Source: Curvularia clavata
Lineage: Eukaryota
Direction of reading: 5' to 3'
DNA length: 64,000 nt
Assembly: GCA_023920165.1 (NCBI GenBank)
Contig: CP089276.1
Coordinates: 2,294,001-2,358,000, forward strand
Shown: positions 48,072 through 60,039 of the stretch, piece after piece
Position numbering within the stretch: position 1 is the stretch's first letter
How the letters are laid out: each line of letters begins with the position of its first letter
The notes under the pieces: model-generated
Database searches by the model: none
The model's input: the letters and a program-made list of their open reading frames with translations, nothing else
Told to the model about the DNA's origin: nothing
Translations under genes and position numbers: made by a program

Positions 48072-50282
48072 ATTTGATTGTTGAAGACCAACGTTAGACT
48101 CGTTGCGGAAAGAGAAGAATTGGTGACGCTAGCACTTGACCACGACCTTGTCCAGCTGGACGATCTAAAGCATACATGATTTTCAATAGCCACTTCAAAA
48201 TCTATACCCAAGGACATCGTTGTTTGACTACATAGCGGTCCACGCACGTGCACACCTTTGAGACGGGCCCCGATGTTGGCTTTAGCTGCTATGGGATGCA
48301 AGGCAGGATGGAGAATGGTGGGTGGTCGGCCCGACGTGAGTTGATCGAGTTACAGTGAATAGAACCTGCTCACACTCGTGTGTATCTTTCCCCAGTCACG
48401 GGCGTGCGGATGCATGGATATCAGGATCAAGTTTCGGCGAGAGTTTCCGTCGCTGACTGATATGAAGCAAAGAGGGTCCTTGACATGGATTATCTTGTTC
48501 GGCACATGATTAAAAAAACAAAATCATTTAGGGCTCTCTCAAGTATAGGTAATACAAAATTTCCGTGTCGTTTTGTTGTGTTGCGTCAAGGCTAGCTAGA
48601 GGAGGGGGTAGGGGAAATTGATCTGCTCAATCTGGCGGTACTTCGGCGCCTTTTTTTTTACTTGGGCAGAAGGTATATGCGCATCATTGATTTGTTCTCC
48701 TCCTATGGTGTAACATGGGCTTCAGATTGCGATACGAAAGGTGGTTCGAGCGATGCCCATGCGAGATTCATAGTTTATACTGTGGCGACTGGCTGCTAAA
48801 GGGGATGTAGGGAAGGTCTGAGCCGATATGGAGATATCACTTGAACACTGTCGTTTCGTAACAAAATACAACAGAGTTTGGTCCAGATGAGATACTATAG
48901 TATATCTTCATATGTTGCTCTTGCATTGATATCTTGCGTAGATTGAACACAGGTCAAGTGGGTTGATGTCATGTATCAGGTGATGCAGGCTTCGATAGTG
49001 AATCAAAGATAATGACAATGATTATGATGACTAGATGCATTTACGCTGGTGCCGTGGTAATCAACATGCCAGTATAGGGCCGTGGATGTGGTGAAGTGTC
49101 CTGACTGTATTACTCTCCTCCTCTTCACCGAAAATAAGGATCGGCGGCGAGAGCTGGCCTGGCGGAGCAACGAAATCCGATGCGACGGCTTCTAGATAGC
49201 CGCCATCCGATCATCTGGTCGCATCTTCGATGAACCATAATCAAAGCACCCCCTCGTGTGGCGCACGCTCCAGAGCCTTTGGCGATGCGATATGCAGCTA
49301 ACGTGCCCAACGGCTCGTTGGCCCGGATTCCCGCTAAACATACCCGCCTCCCGGGCCGCAACCACTTCACAACCATATTGTTCCACCACTGATTGGCATG
49401 CGCCGCAGACGTGCCACTTTTGACTGCCTAATATGCCTTGCAGAGGGCTATACAGGTGCCTTGCAGACTAGTCTCGGAAGTTCAGGACCGCCATCACCGC
49501 CGTCTAACAGAGCGGAGGCAACGAATCAATTTCGACGTTGCTGACCCTGGTACACGAAGCTCTCTCTGTCTTGTCTTGTCTGTCTCTCTCGCTGCGTGTC
49601 ATGCAGTGGTAGGGGTCCACCCGCATGTCACCTGTCCTCGTGTAGCCTGTACACGCAATGTCTGGCTGTATACTTGCTCAAGACACGGGGCATATCGGTG
49701 GGGGTACACACACAGGGCATTAGCAGCGGTACCGTAGGCTAGGTAACTGTCTTTTTAGCAACATGGCCTCCGGCGCCGCCCATTACCAGCCGCACGCCAA
49801 GCGCTAGATTGATACCACACATGAGCCTCCACCCTATCTGTAGATCGAGACGGGTCTGCTGCGTTTTCCCTTCGGTTGATTGCCGCCCGTCAGCCAATGG
49901 TGCTGGCGGGACGTCTGAGACGTGCGAGCCGTGGGCAAGGTACAAGGCTTGTTTCCAATAGATCCGGTATTCCAGCGTCGTCTCTTTTTTTGGGTCCATG
50001 CGTTGAGGGAAGCGATCAACTTACCAACGCTGCGCGAGTACTAAAAGATGACCACGTCCTTCAGTTGACCATGTTGGACTCGTACCGCTCTCTCTAGCTT
50101 GTTTTTGCCCTACCATACACGCACCCACGCCCTCCTTCCTTCGCTTTCTTTTCGTCTGTGTTTATTTTTGAATTCTTCGTTCCCCTCCAGAGCATTGGTT
50201 TGCAAGGTGTGGCGAGAAGCGCGGCTATCCGCCCCAGATATCCCGAAGTTATTGGGTTAATAATTCGGGGTTTGGATCATCA

Positions 50283-53200
50283 ATGGCTTCAATCAACCTG
50301 GCCAACGCTAGCCCTACTGGTGATATCAAGCAAATCGACTTAAAGCATCCGGCAATCCAGATACAGCCGCTGACTCTCGACACTCCTCTTTTGACGCCTG
50401 CTGCAACGCCAGAAGACGCTTCGCCAGCGGAAGAAGAACCAATGGCGGGCAAAAAGCTATTTTCAATGGAGAGGCCAGACGACAAGGCGAGGAGCCTTGC
50501 GGCAAAGTTGACTCTGGAGGAGCAGGTATGTTTTGTTGTTTTGTTTTGGAATTCACCATGAGAAAAGTCTGGCCCATGAATTCGACGGTCGTTTGAAAAT
50601 GCATGGGAGTTTTGTTACTACAGACTGCAGCTCAGTGCTCTCACGCTTATTGTGAGTCTGGAATCAGCAAACTCCGGCATTTGGACCATCGGACATCGGC
50701 AATGAAGGGGCGTGGCGCTTCCTTAGCCGGTCTAGGCGTCGCCTGACGTCTTGCAATATATGAAAGAGGCGGAACGAGAGCAAACCCCTGTAGGCGAAAG
50801 TCAAGCTGACGTTTCTTAGATCTCGTTGCTTGCAGGAGCCGACTTCTGGCGCACTGTGGCTATTCCTGAAAAGGGCATTCCGTCGATCAAGACTTCAGAT
50901 GGACCCAATGGCGCTCGCGGAGAGTTCTTCACTAACGGCACGCCTGTACGTACTCCGGCTTGGCGCTGCTCGATTCCAGCTGACGGATCTAGGCTGCTCT
51001 GTTTCCCTGTGGCATATCTATGGCATCCACGTGGAACTTGGACATGATTGAAGAGGTTGGTCGTCACCTTGGCGAGGAGGCAAAGGCTCGTGGCGCTCAG
51101 GTATTACTGGCGCCTACAGTGTGCATGCACCGATCTCCTCTTGGGGGCCGCAACTTTGAGTCGTATTCTGAAGATCCTTTCCTGACCGGAAAGCTTGCTG
51201 CTTCTTACATCCGTGGTCTTCAGAGTAAGGGCGTTGCCGCTACCATCAAGCACTTTCTTGGAAATGAGCAGGAAACCGAGCGGCAAGCATATGATGCTAT
51301 CATTGCAGAGCGTCCGCTGCGTGAGATCTACCTCAAGCCTTTCGAGATTGCTGTTCGCGAAGCTTCACCATGGGCACTCATGAGCTCTTACAACATGGTT
51401 AATGGGGTTCATGCGGATGAGTATGTGCACTCGATTAAAGAAGTACTCAGGGGCGAGTGGAACTGGAACGGGGCTATCATCTCGGACTGGACAGGCACAT
51501 ACGCAACTGCACCATCAATCAAAGCCGGTGTGGACGTGGAGATGCCAGGCCCATCCAAGTGGCGCAAGGTTGACCAAGTGAAGGAATGCCTCGACAATGG
51601 CGAGCTAACCCCCCAGGATATCGAAGAGTGTGCTGCAAGGGTACTTTATCTTGTCGATCGAGTCAAAGGATTGAACAACATGGCCCCCGAGGAGCCGGAA
51701 CGGTCAATCGACAACATGGAAACACGGGATCTGATTCTCCAAGCTGGCATTGAAGGTCTGACGCTACTGAAGAATGAGAATAACGTCCTGCCAATCAGGG
51801 ATGCGAAAAAGATTGCAATGATAGGACCAAATGCTAAGCGTGCGATTGCCAGTGGTGGAGGAAGCGCTGGCTTGAACCCTTACTACAACGTCACACCCTG
51901 GCAAGGCCTCCAGAACCGATTCGACGGTGTTCTCACATTCGCGCAAGGCTGCGATAGCTCAAAATGGCTACCACTAGCCTCTCCCTACTGCAAATCAAAT
52001 GGCGAGACTGGCGTGCGGTTAGAGTACTACAAAGGAGACAGATTCAAGGGCGAACCTGCTGTTGTTCAGCATAAAGTCAGCACAGATCTCTGGCTATGGG
52101 ACTCGGCGCCTATGGAATTACTTCCAGACTTCTCATTCAAGGTTAAGACTACACTTACACCAAAGTCATCTGGAAATCACAGCTTCAGTTTTGCTTCGGT
52201 GGGACCAGGTCGTATGTTCATCAATGGCGAAATGTTCATTGATAACTGGAATTGGACAGAGGAAGGCGAGGCTATGTTTTCTGCCTCTGAGGATGTGCTG
52301 AAGTCAATCTACCTTGAGGAGGGCAAACCAGTCGAGATCCTGATCGAGAGTACTAGCGAAGTACGGCCCGCTTCGAAAGTTTCCGTCATTGGTCGACGTC
52401 ACGACTATGGTGGTTGCCGTATTGGATATCAAGAGGAGGATAAGATCGATCGCCTGCAGGAGGCCGCGGACATTGCCCGGGAGGCCGATGTGGCTGTTGT
52501 GGTGATTGGACTGGACGCAGAGTGGGAGTCCGAAGGATACGATCGCCAAACAATGGACCTTCCAAAGAATGGCTCTCAAGATCGTCTGATCGAAGCCGTC
52601 CTAGCTGCCAACCCGAGGACAGTCGTTGTCAACCAGTCAGGAACACCCGTCACTATGCCATGGGTACACAAAGCCCCTGCAATCTTGCAAGCATGGTACC
52701 AAGGTCAAGAAGCTGGCAATGCTCTTGCAGATGTTCTGCTTGGAAACAGCAGCCCCAGCGGCAAACTGCCAACGACTTTCCCAGTCCGCATCGAAGACAA
52801 CCCGGCGTACCACAACTGGCCTGGTGAGAATCTGAAGACCATTTATGGAGAGGGAATCTACGTGGGGTACAGGCACTACGAGCGGTCCAAGATTGCACCA
52901 CTCTTTCCATTCGGCCATGGTCTCACATACACAACCTTCGGCTACGGGTCACCAAGCGCCAGCAGCACTGTCCTCTCTGAAACCGACGACATCACCATCA
53001 CCGTGCCAGTCACAAATACAGGCTCGATAGCCGCCCACGAGATCGTTCAGGCATACGTCAAGGACGTCAAGTCGACACTCCCACGCCCAGAAAAGGAACT
53101 ACAGGCTTTCGGCAAAGTATTCTTGCAGCCGGGCGAAACCAAGGACGTAGTACTGAAACTGAACAAGTACTCAGTAGGCTACTTCGACACAAGTCTAGGT

Positions 53201-53382
53201 CAGACTGGTGCTTGGATTGCAGAAGAGGGAGCATTCGAGGTATTAATTGGTGCGAGCAGCGCTGATATCAGGTATGTTTTTGTCCTATGCAGAAATTTTA
53301 TGTCAATGAATGAGGTACTGACTGTCGAAACAGGGCCAAGATTGGCTTCGAAGTCAAGGAGAGTTTCCAATGGATTTTTTAG
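50283..53382 (+). CDS. Intracellular GH3 beta-glucosidase with PA14-like insertion and Fn3-like tail
   Basis: Introns 50526-50819, 50946-50992 and 53272-53333. Motifs SDGPNGARG, GGRNFESYSEDP, KHF, ISDW nucleophile, ESEGYDR and FPFGHGLTYT. No signal peptide. Confidence 0.93.
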
Positions 53383-54227
53383 GCAGTGGGAAAGTGTAAT
53401 GAGTACCCATGAGTTTTCTTTTGTTTAGCAGCTGGGAAGGCGTTGGCGGTTTTATGAGAGCGGAACTGTGCTCCGTCTGGTGGGCAGGTGACTTGGGGCA
53501 TCGCACAAAGAGGTCTTTTTTGTTCACATTGCCCCAATAGGTAGACAGCTCACATTGCGCATGAGAGCATGGCCGTGACGCTAGTCGTAATAGAAAGTTT
53601 GGATCATGTTCCAATATTGTCAAGGTTTGGAAGCAGACCAATCACATGTCGGTGGGTTTGAAAACAGTCTCAACACAGCAATAGAGACCTAGGTAGATGG
53701 GCGCATTGTGAGAGCTAGTATACGTACGTGGACAACAGTGTGAATGCCAGTCCTACTGTCCCTGACCACGTGACACTCGTGAGTGGGCGTTGTTGCTCGG
53801 CTAGATGACGCGCTGATTTTCTGCCACTGACCGCCTTCGGGCCGTCCAGTTATCCCGCCGGTCCCTGACTGAGAAACCAGATACCACCACCATTCCATCA
53901 TCGCGACTACCGGTTGTCCCTGATTGATCGCGCCTTTTAAGTCGCTTGCTACTGTCGCGTATATCTGCAGTATCGTCCCCTTTCCTTTTGGCGTGCTCCC
54001 CCGACCAACACCGGCTCCAGTGCCAGCTCGGGCTGCTCTGTTCCTCCTAATCAACAACGATCGCCCACGATCTAGTCCGGGGCCCTACAACACCCGACAG
54101 CACCTTGCACAACATCGCGAAACGTCCATGAGCTCCACCACTCTTTGACCCGTTGAAGCCACTCATACGCGTTCATTCTCTCGGGCACGCGAATCTGCTT
54201 AACGCCGGCGAGCCTGGTAAAGCCGAC

Positions 54228-57200
54228 ATGAATCCAGCGCACAGAGACGGGTGGCCGCCGGCACAGGGAGCTGTGTCTGCACAGAGTCAACCGCAGCCGG
54301 AGCAAGCGCAAGGCCAAGCGCCAGCTCCACGCCCTCTTGGTCCCTATGGGTGCGTACTTTTTTGTTTGTCCTGCCCACTATGGCAAACACAGGTGGAGAA
54401 GCTTTGAAAAGCGCCTTTTCACCATCTTTTGACTAAACACAAGCTGACAATACGAGCGATAACAGACCGAACAACGCGAGCTCACAAGCCCCACCCCATG
54501 CGTCACCTGCGCAAGGTCCAGGGCCAGTCCTTCCGCCACCGTCGGGTAGGTAGCACATGCGAACGACGCGACCCTAACGATGCTAATTTCATCATAGGCG
54601 CCGGTTATTACTCTTCAAGCGCCGCGGCTGCTCACAATCAGAACCTCCCCACGCTTCCAGGATTGACTGCGCAACCTCAGCACTCGTCGCCTCATATGTC
54701 CGCTCAGCGACCACCTTCTTCTGACGCTGCAGCGCAAGGTCACCAAGGCCCTCAGGGCCCCCCATATTCGTTACCGGGAATATCGCAAACGCTACAACAA
54801 CAGCAACAACAACAACCGCAGGCGCAATCGCAACCCCAATCGCAACAGCAGCAGCACATGCCGACTTCGGAGTCGGCGAATGCGGACAGGGAGCGAGAAA
54901 TGCGCGAGCGCGAAGCGAGAGAAAGGGAAATGGAATCGCATCCCATGCATCAGCAGGAAGATATTGTAAAGCGCGAAGCAGAGCAGCGGGACCGAGAGCT
55001 TCATGAGCGCCAGCAGCGCGAGCACGCCGCGATGCAGAATCACTCGACGCCAATGCAAATCCACCAGCCGGTTGCAGTTGCTCCGTCTGCGCGAACAATA
55101 CACGGTCCCAATGGTTTGCTTGGACAGTCTGGGCAAATGAATGGGCCAAATTCACTTGCGCCTCCAATGGGTGGCGGTCCAAACGCGTCTGGCCCCATGT
55201 ACGGTAATGCGCCTGCGCAGCACGAGCAGACGACACCCCGAATGCAGCACGCAGTACAAGCGCCGACACAAGCTCAGATGTTGATGCCCTTTGCTGGCCC
55301 TCCTGGATCCATGGCTATGGGTCAGGGACAGCAGCCGATTCTCAATGACGCATTGAGCTACCTCGACCAAGTCAAGGTGCAATTCGCGGACCACCCCGAC
55401 GTTTACAATCGATTCCTCGATATTATGAAGGATTTCAAGAGCGGTGCCATTGACACCCCCGGCGTCATCGAGAGGGTGTCGACTCTATTCGCAGGCAACC
55501 CGGCCTTGATTCAAGGATTCAACACGTTCCTCCCACCCGGCTACAAGATTGAGTGTGGTACCAATGGAGACCCGAATGCGATTCGAGTTACGACGCCCAT
55601 GGGTACTATGGTCTCGACGATGCCTGCTCCAAGACCACTTTCGCCACCAAGGAGCGGTGCTGCCAACGGTAACAATCCCCCACAGCACGATGGTGGCTAC
55701 TACGAAACTGCGCAAGGCCGACCTTGGCCTCAACAACAGAGGCCTCAAGGACCTGAGGGACAGGAAACCATGTTCTCTCCAAACAACCGCTCTTTGGGAC
55801 AGCCTTTGTATGGACCGCAGCAAGGACAACAGGGTCACCCCCCACATTCACCAGAAGTCAACTCGCGACCTCACCCTGACCCTGCTGGCCCAGGTGCCCC
55901 ACTAGCTCATCAGCAAGAGCAGAGGGGTGTTTCGCAGCTGCAGAATGCAGTCTCTGTTGCTACCGGGCGCTCGCTCATGTCGCCCAGCGTTGACGCTAAT
56001 ACACCCCAAGGGCAATCCCTGAATGGTTCTGCTCAACTCCCTCAAATGGGTGGACCCGCAGCCGAAAAACGGGGACCAGTGGAATTCAATCACGCTATCA
56101 GCTATGTCAATAAGATCAAGGTAAATGATATTTCTTCCAGGGCGGACCTACGAGCACGGACACTAACTATGGCGCAGAATCGATTTGCGGCTCATCCTGA
56201 CATCTACAAGAACTTCTTGGAGATCCTGCAGACCTACCAGCGGGAGTCGAAGCCTATTCAGGACGTATACGCGCAAGTCACGCAGTTGTTCGGCGGCGCG
56301 CCCGATCTTCTCGAAGACTTCAAACAGTTCCTGCCAGAATCTGCCGCTCATCATAGGGCACAACAACAGGCAGCTAAGAACGCTGCTGAAGATGCCGTCA
56401 TGCTCAGCAACGTGAGGGGTGAGCCGGGATATGGTGCGGCAGCAAACCAGCAAACACCTGGTCGTGCGGACACTTCGCGTTTGCCTCCCATGGGCAACTT
56501 CGCACCTACACCCACGGCGAATCGCGACAACAAGCGCAAGCGTGAGCGACAAGGACCTATAGCTGCACCTATGCCCGCACCCATGTCCCAAGAGCCGCCG
56601 ACTTCCAATGTTCGCGGTGGTTACAACCAAGTGAATGCGAACAAGGTACGTAAATGATTTCACATTCCCCTTGGCAGGGCTTGATCGGAGCATGCCGTGG
56701 TTTCTTTTTCTGCAGCACGCCCAACGCTTTTCATTCCACTTTCCATCTTTTCCTTTTTCCGAAAGCTCCACTCTCCTTCTCCTCCGCTCCTCATGGTCAC
56801 ACATGCCGCTGCGACGAGTACTATCATTGCATATGGCAGTAGCGGCGACAGGTTCCGCTTGCCTTGCGGTCTTGAGGACGCACTCTCCTTACAATTCCTC
56901 TCCCCAACTGTTTCAGACATACGTAGCAGGTCGAGCAGATCTAGCCACATCATTTTTCGCGTTTCTAAGCGACCGTTATGTTTTGAGAAGAATTTGTTTG
57001 CTGATTCATTCAAGCGTGCAAAGACCGGCCATGCTACAAAGCAGACAATTGCAGATGGCCCACCAGTCTCGCCTACCCTGACACCCGCGCTGCCTGAACC
57101 GATCCCACCTACGACAACAACTACTCCCAGCCAAGATGAGCTTGCCTTCTTTGATCGCGTGAAGAAGTTCATTGGAAACAAGAACACCATGAACGAATTC

Positions 57201-59720
57201 TTGAAGCTTTGCAATCTCTACTCGCAGGATCTGATTGACAAGCAATTACTGCTCTATCGTGCACAGTCCTTCATCGGCGGTAACCAGGAACTCTTTGCAT
57301 GGTTCAAGAAGTTCATGGGTGAGGACGACGAACAACAAAAGTCGCGCCCCAAGACTGTCAACTCTCGTGTCTCGCTATCCAACTGCCGGAGCCTGGGTCC
57401 TAGCTATCGTCTTCTTCCTAGGCGCGAACGAGAACGCGTATGCAGTGGACGTGACGAGCTTTGCCGGTCTGTCTTGAACGATGAATGGGCTTCTCATCCA
57501 ACATGGGCTTCGGAAGATTCGGGCTTCGTTGCTCATCGCAAGAACACGTTTGAAGAGGGCCTGCACCGGATTGAAGAGGAACGCCATGACTATGACTTCA
57601 ACATCGAGGCTTGCAGTCGCACAATTCAGCAGCTCGAACCCATCGCCAACCAGCTACTCACAATGAAGCCCGAAGACAGGATTGGGTTCACTTTGCCTCC
57701 CGGGCTTGGAGGACAGAGCGAGACAATCTACAAGCGTGTCATCATGAAGATCTATGGTCGTGAGAGGGGTAAAGATGTCATCAAGGAGCTTTTCCAGATG
57801 CCCTGGAGTGTGGTTCCAGTCCTCCTTCATCGGTTGAAAACGAAACTGGAAGACTGGAAGGCTGCTCAGCGAGAATGGGAGAAGGTCTGGCGTGATCAGA
57901 CTCAGAAGATCTTCTGGAAGTCACTGGATCACCAAAGCATCACAGTCAAGCAGGCCGACAAGCGACAGTTTCAGCCCAAATCGCTCACCAACGAGATCCA
58001 GGTTCGCTACGAAGAGCAGAAGCGTCTCCAACAGATTCAGGAAATATCACAGCCCGACTATCAGTTTGCCTTCTCCTTCAAGGATGAAGAGGTGCTGTTC
58101 GATGTGGCTCGTATGATGCTTACTTTTGCCGACAACAGCACGGGCGCTGAGTTTGCAAAGGTCGTGCCTTTCATCAGAGAGTTTGTCCCCCTCTTCTTTG
58201 GCATAGACTCGGCCAAGTTTGAGCAGCGGGTACACACTTCCGGACGCGAGACGCCCAATGATTCCGGTGAGGACACTCCCTCACCAGACGAAGATGTCTC
58301 TCAGCGTTCGTTGAAGACAAAGAAAGGTGACCTTCGCCGCGATGTTCTCGACCCCCGCAGTAAGTCCCGGAAAGACAAGGAAGATAGCACAGCCTCTGCC
58401 AGCCGGGATAGCACGCCAGACAACTCGATGGAAGACGAGGCCGCTGCCGACAGCTCCAATTCCATTCCGCGCGGAGATCGACCAGCTAGTCATTGGGTGG
58501 AATATGCCGCTACCCCAACTGCCTTTGGAGACAAGGAATTTGAGCACGAAGAGCCTTACCGTCGGGTGGAGTACAACATGTACGCCAATGCCTCGATTTA
58601 CTGCTTCTTCCGCATGTTTGTGATGCTCTACGAGAGGCTGTTGAAGCTCAAGGAGAGTGAGGAAGAAGTACAGAGGCTTGTCATGCGCGCAAAGGAGCCC
58701 AAGGCAGCGCAGAAGCTCAAAATGCTTGACAAGCAGCCTGAAGACTTCTTCAAGGACACTTCGCCTACAGCAAACTACTACCAGCAAGTTCTTGATATGT
58801 TCCACGACCAGATTACTGGAGACATTGAGATGAGCTTCATCGAGGAGACGTTGCGCCGATACTATCTGCAAATAGGCTGGCAGTTGTATTCATTCGACAG
58901 GCTGCTCAGCTCACTGGTTCGATTTGCTCTTGTCGTTGTAAGCCAGGATAGCAAGGACAAGAGCCTTGACATCTACAACCTGTTCAGAAAGGACCGAGTC
59001 AATGATACTACCACGCACAAGAGCGAGATTGCTTACCGAAAAGCTGTTGAGAAGTTTGCTAAGGATGCAGACACATACCGCATTACCTATGTAAGTAATA
59101 GCTACTCTGTTGCCAGCCACGACATACTGATATTCCGACAGGATCCTGCCAAGATGGAAGCATATGTCCGGTTGTTCAAGAAGGACGACCCCACCTTCGA
59201 ATTCAATACGCTGGACCGAGTCAAGCGCTGGCGGGCATACGTCGCCTCGTACATGGCTGTCGAGCCCACTGAAGAGGTTGATCTATCGCGCGTCAACTAC
59301 CCCTACTTGAAGAAGCGCCTGGCGAAGGCCGAAGGCCTTTCCGAAGATGATCGTTTCGACCAGGTTCAGCACGATGACAAGATTACTGTTTCTATCAGTC
59401 CTGCTGCCTATGTCATGACGTTCATCAATAGCGAGCCTTTTGGTACGGGTGGTGTACAATACTTCCTCCAGCCAGACTCTGTGCGCGCAGGTGTCAGTGA
59501 GTCAGTTCCCAAGCCTAGCGAGGAGTACAAGAGGCTCAACGATGAGCGTCGAGAGAGGGTCCAAGAGATTCTCGTCAGGAACAACAGCTGGATGAAGGAT
59601 CTCAGTCGTGATGAAGTGGAGGCTAAAAAGACGGCTTTCAAAAAGGACATGGAAGAGCCCAGGAAGGTGGCCGACGACGAGGATGTGGATATGGATGGCG
59701 CAGACGGGTTCGCGTACTAA
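54228..59720 (+). CDS. SIN3: Sin3 histone-deacetylase co-repressor scaffold
   Basis: Introns 54350-54465, 54546-54597, 56121-56177, 56646-57014 and 59091-59141. PAH1 DALSYLDQVK, PAH2 VEFNHAISYVNKIKNRF, PAH3 ELAFFDRVKK, and HID GPSYRLLP..CSGRDELC..VLNDEW. Confidence 0.95.
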
Positions 59721-60039
59721 CATGTCTGTGTTCCGCGTTGGTGTGTCATTGGAGATTTGGCGGCAGCGTTTGGTCCTCGGCGTTGCGGGCTTGGATGTCC
59801 CACTGCGACGGGTTGATTTGACTTAATGATCTTCACATCACGCGCATGGAGAGGGTTGGCGTACAGCACATGGCCTACGTGCACAGCATAGCACTTCCTT
59901 TGCGTTCCTGGGGACTGGTGTTTGGTGTGGTGTTCCGGATGATAACCCGACTCATCTATGGTTCATTTGTGTAATTTAGTGTCTTTCTCTCAATTTACAT
60001 TTTGCATTCAAGCCTCTTCCTTTCTTCATCCTGACGTAG

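Noticed and set aside
48634..48659. GGCG..CTTCGG..CGCC hairpin followed by T9, like a bacterial terminator
   Set aside because: Only a 4-bp stem, in a eukaryotic context, with no upstream Pol III gene recognisable.
16000..48760. GGTTCGA/TCGAACC T-loop-like words (e.g. about 16035, 16270, 24833, 48743)
   Set aside because: No cloverleaf can be built around them, so no tRNA is called.
50631..50651. Possible 21-nt micro-exon (CAG|..|GTGAGT) within GH3 intron 1
   Set aside because: No canonical branch site, and it would split the conserved TLEEQ-ISLLAG motif.
53855..53935. CTGAGA..ATACC segment resembling a TPP riboswitch core; also checked the TPC1 introns
   Set aside because: The downstream GAACUUGAU..GAUAAU..GCG elements and the P1-P5 pairing are absent. 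The TPC1 introns (49-55 nt) are too short.
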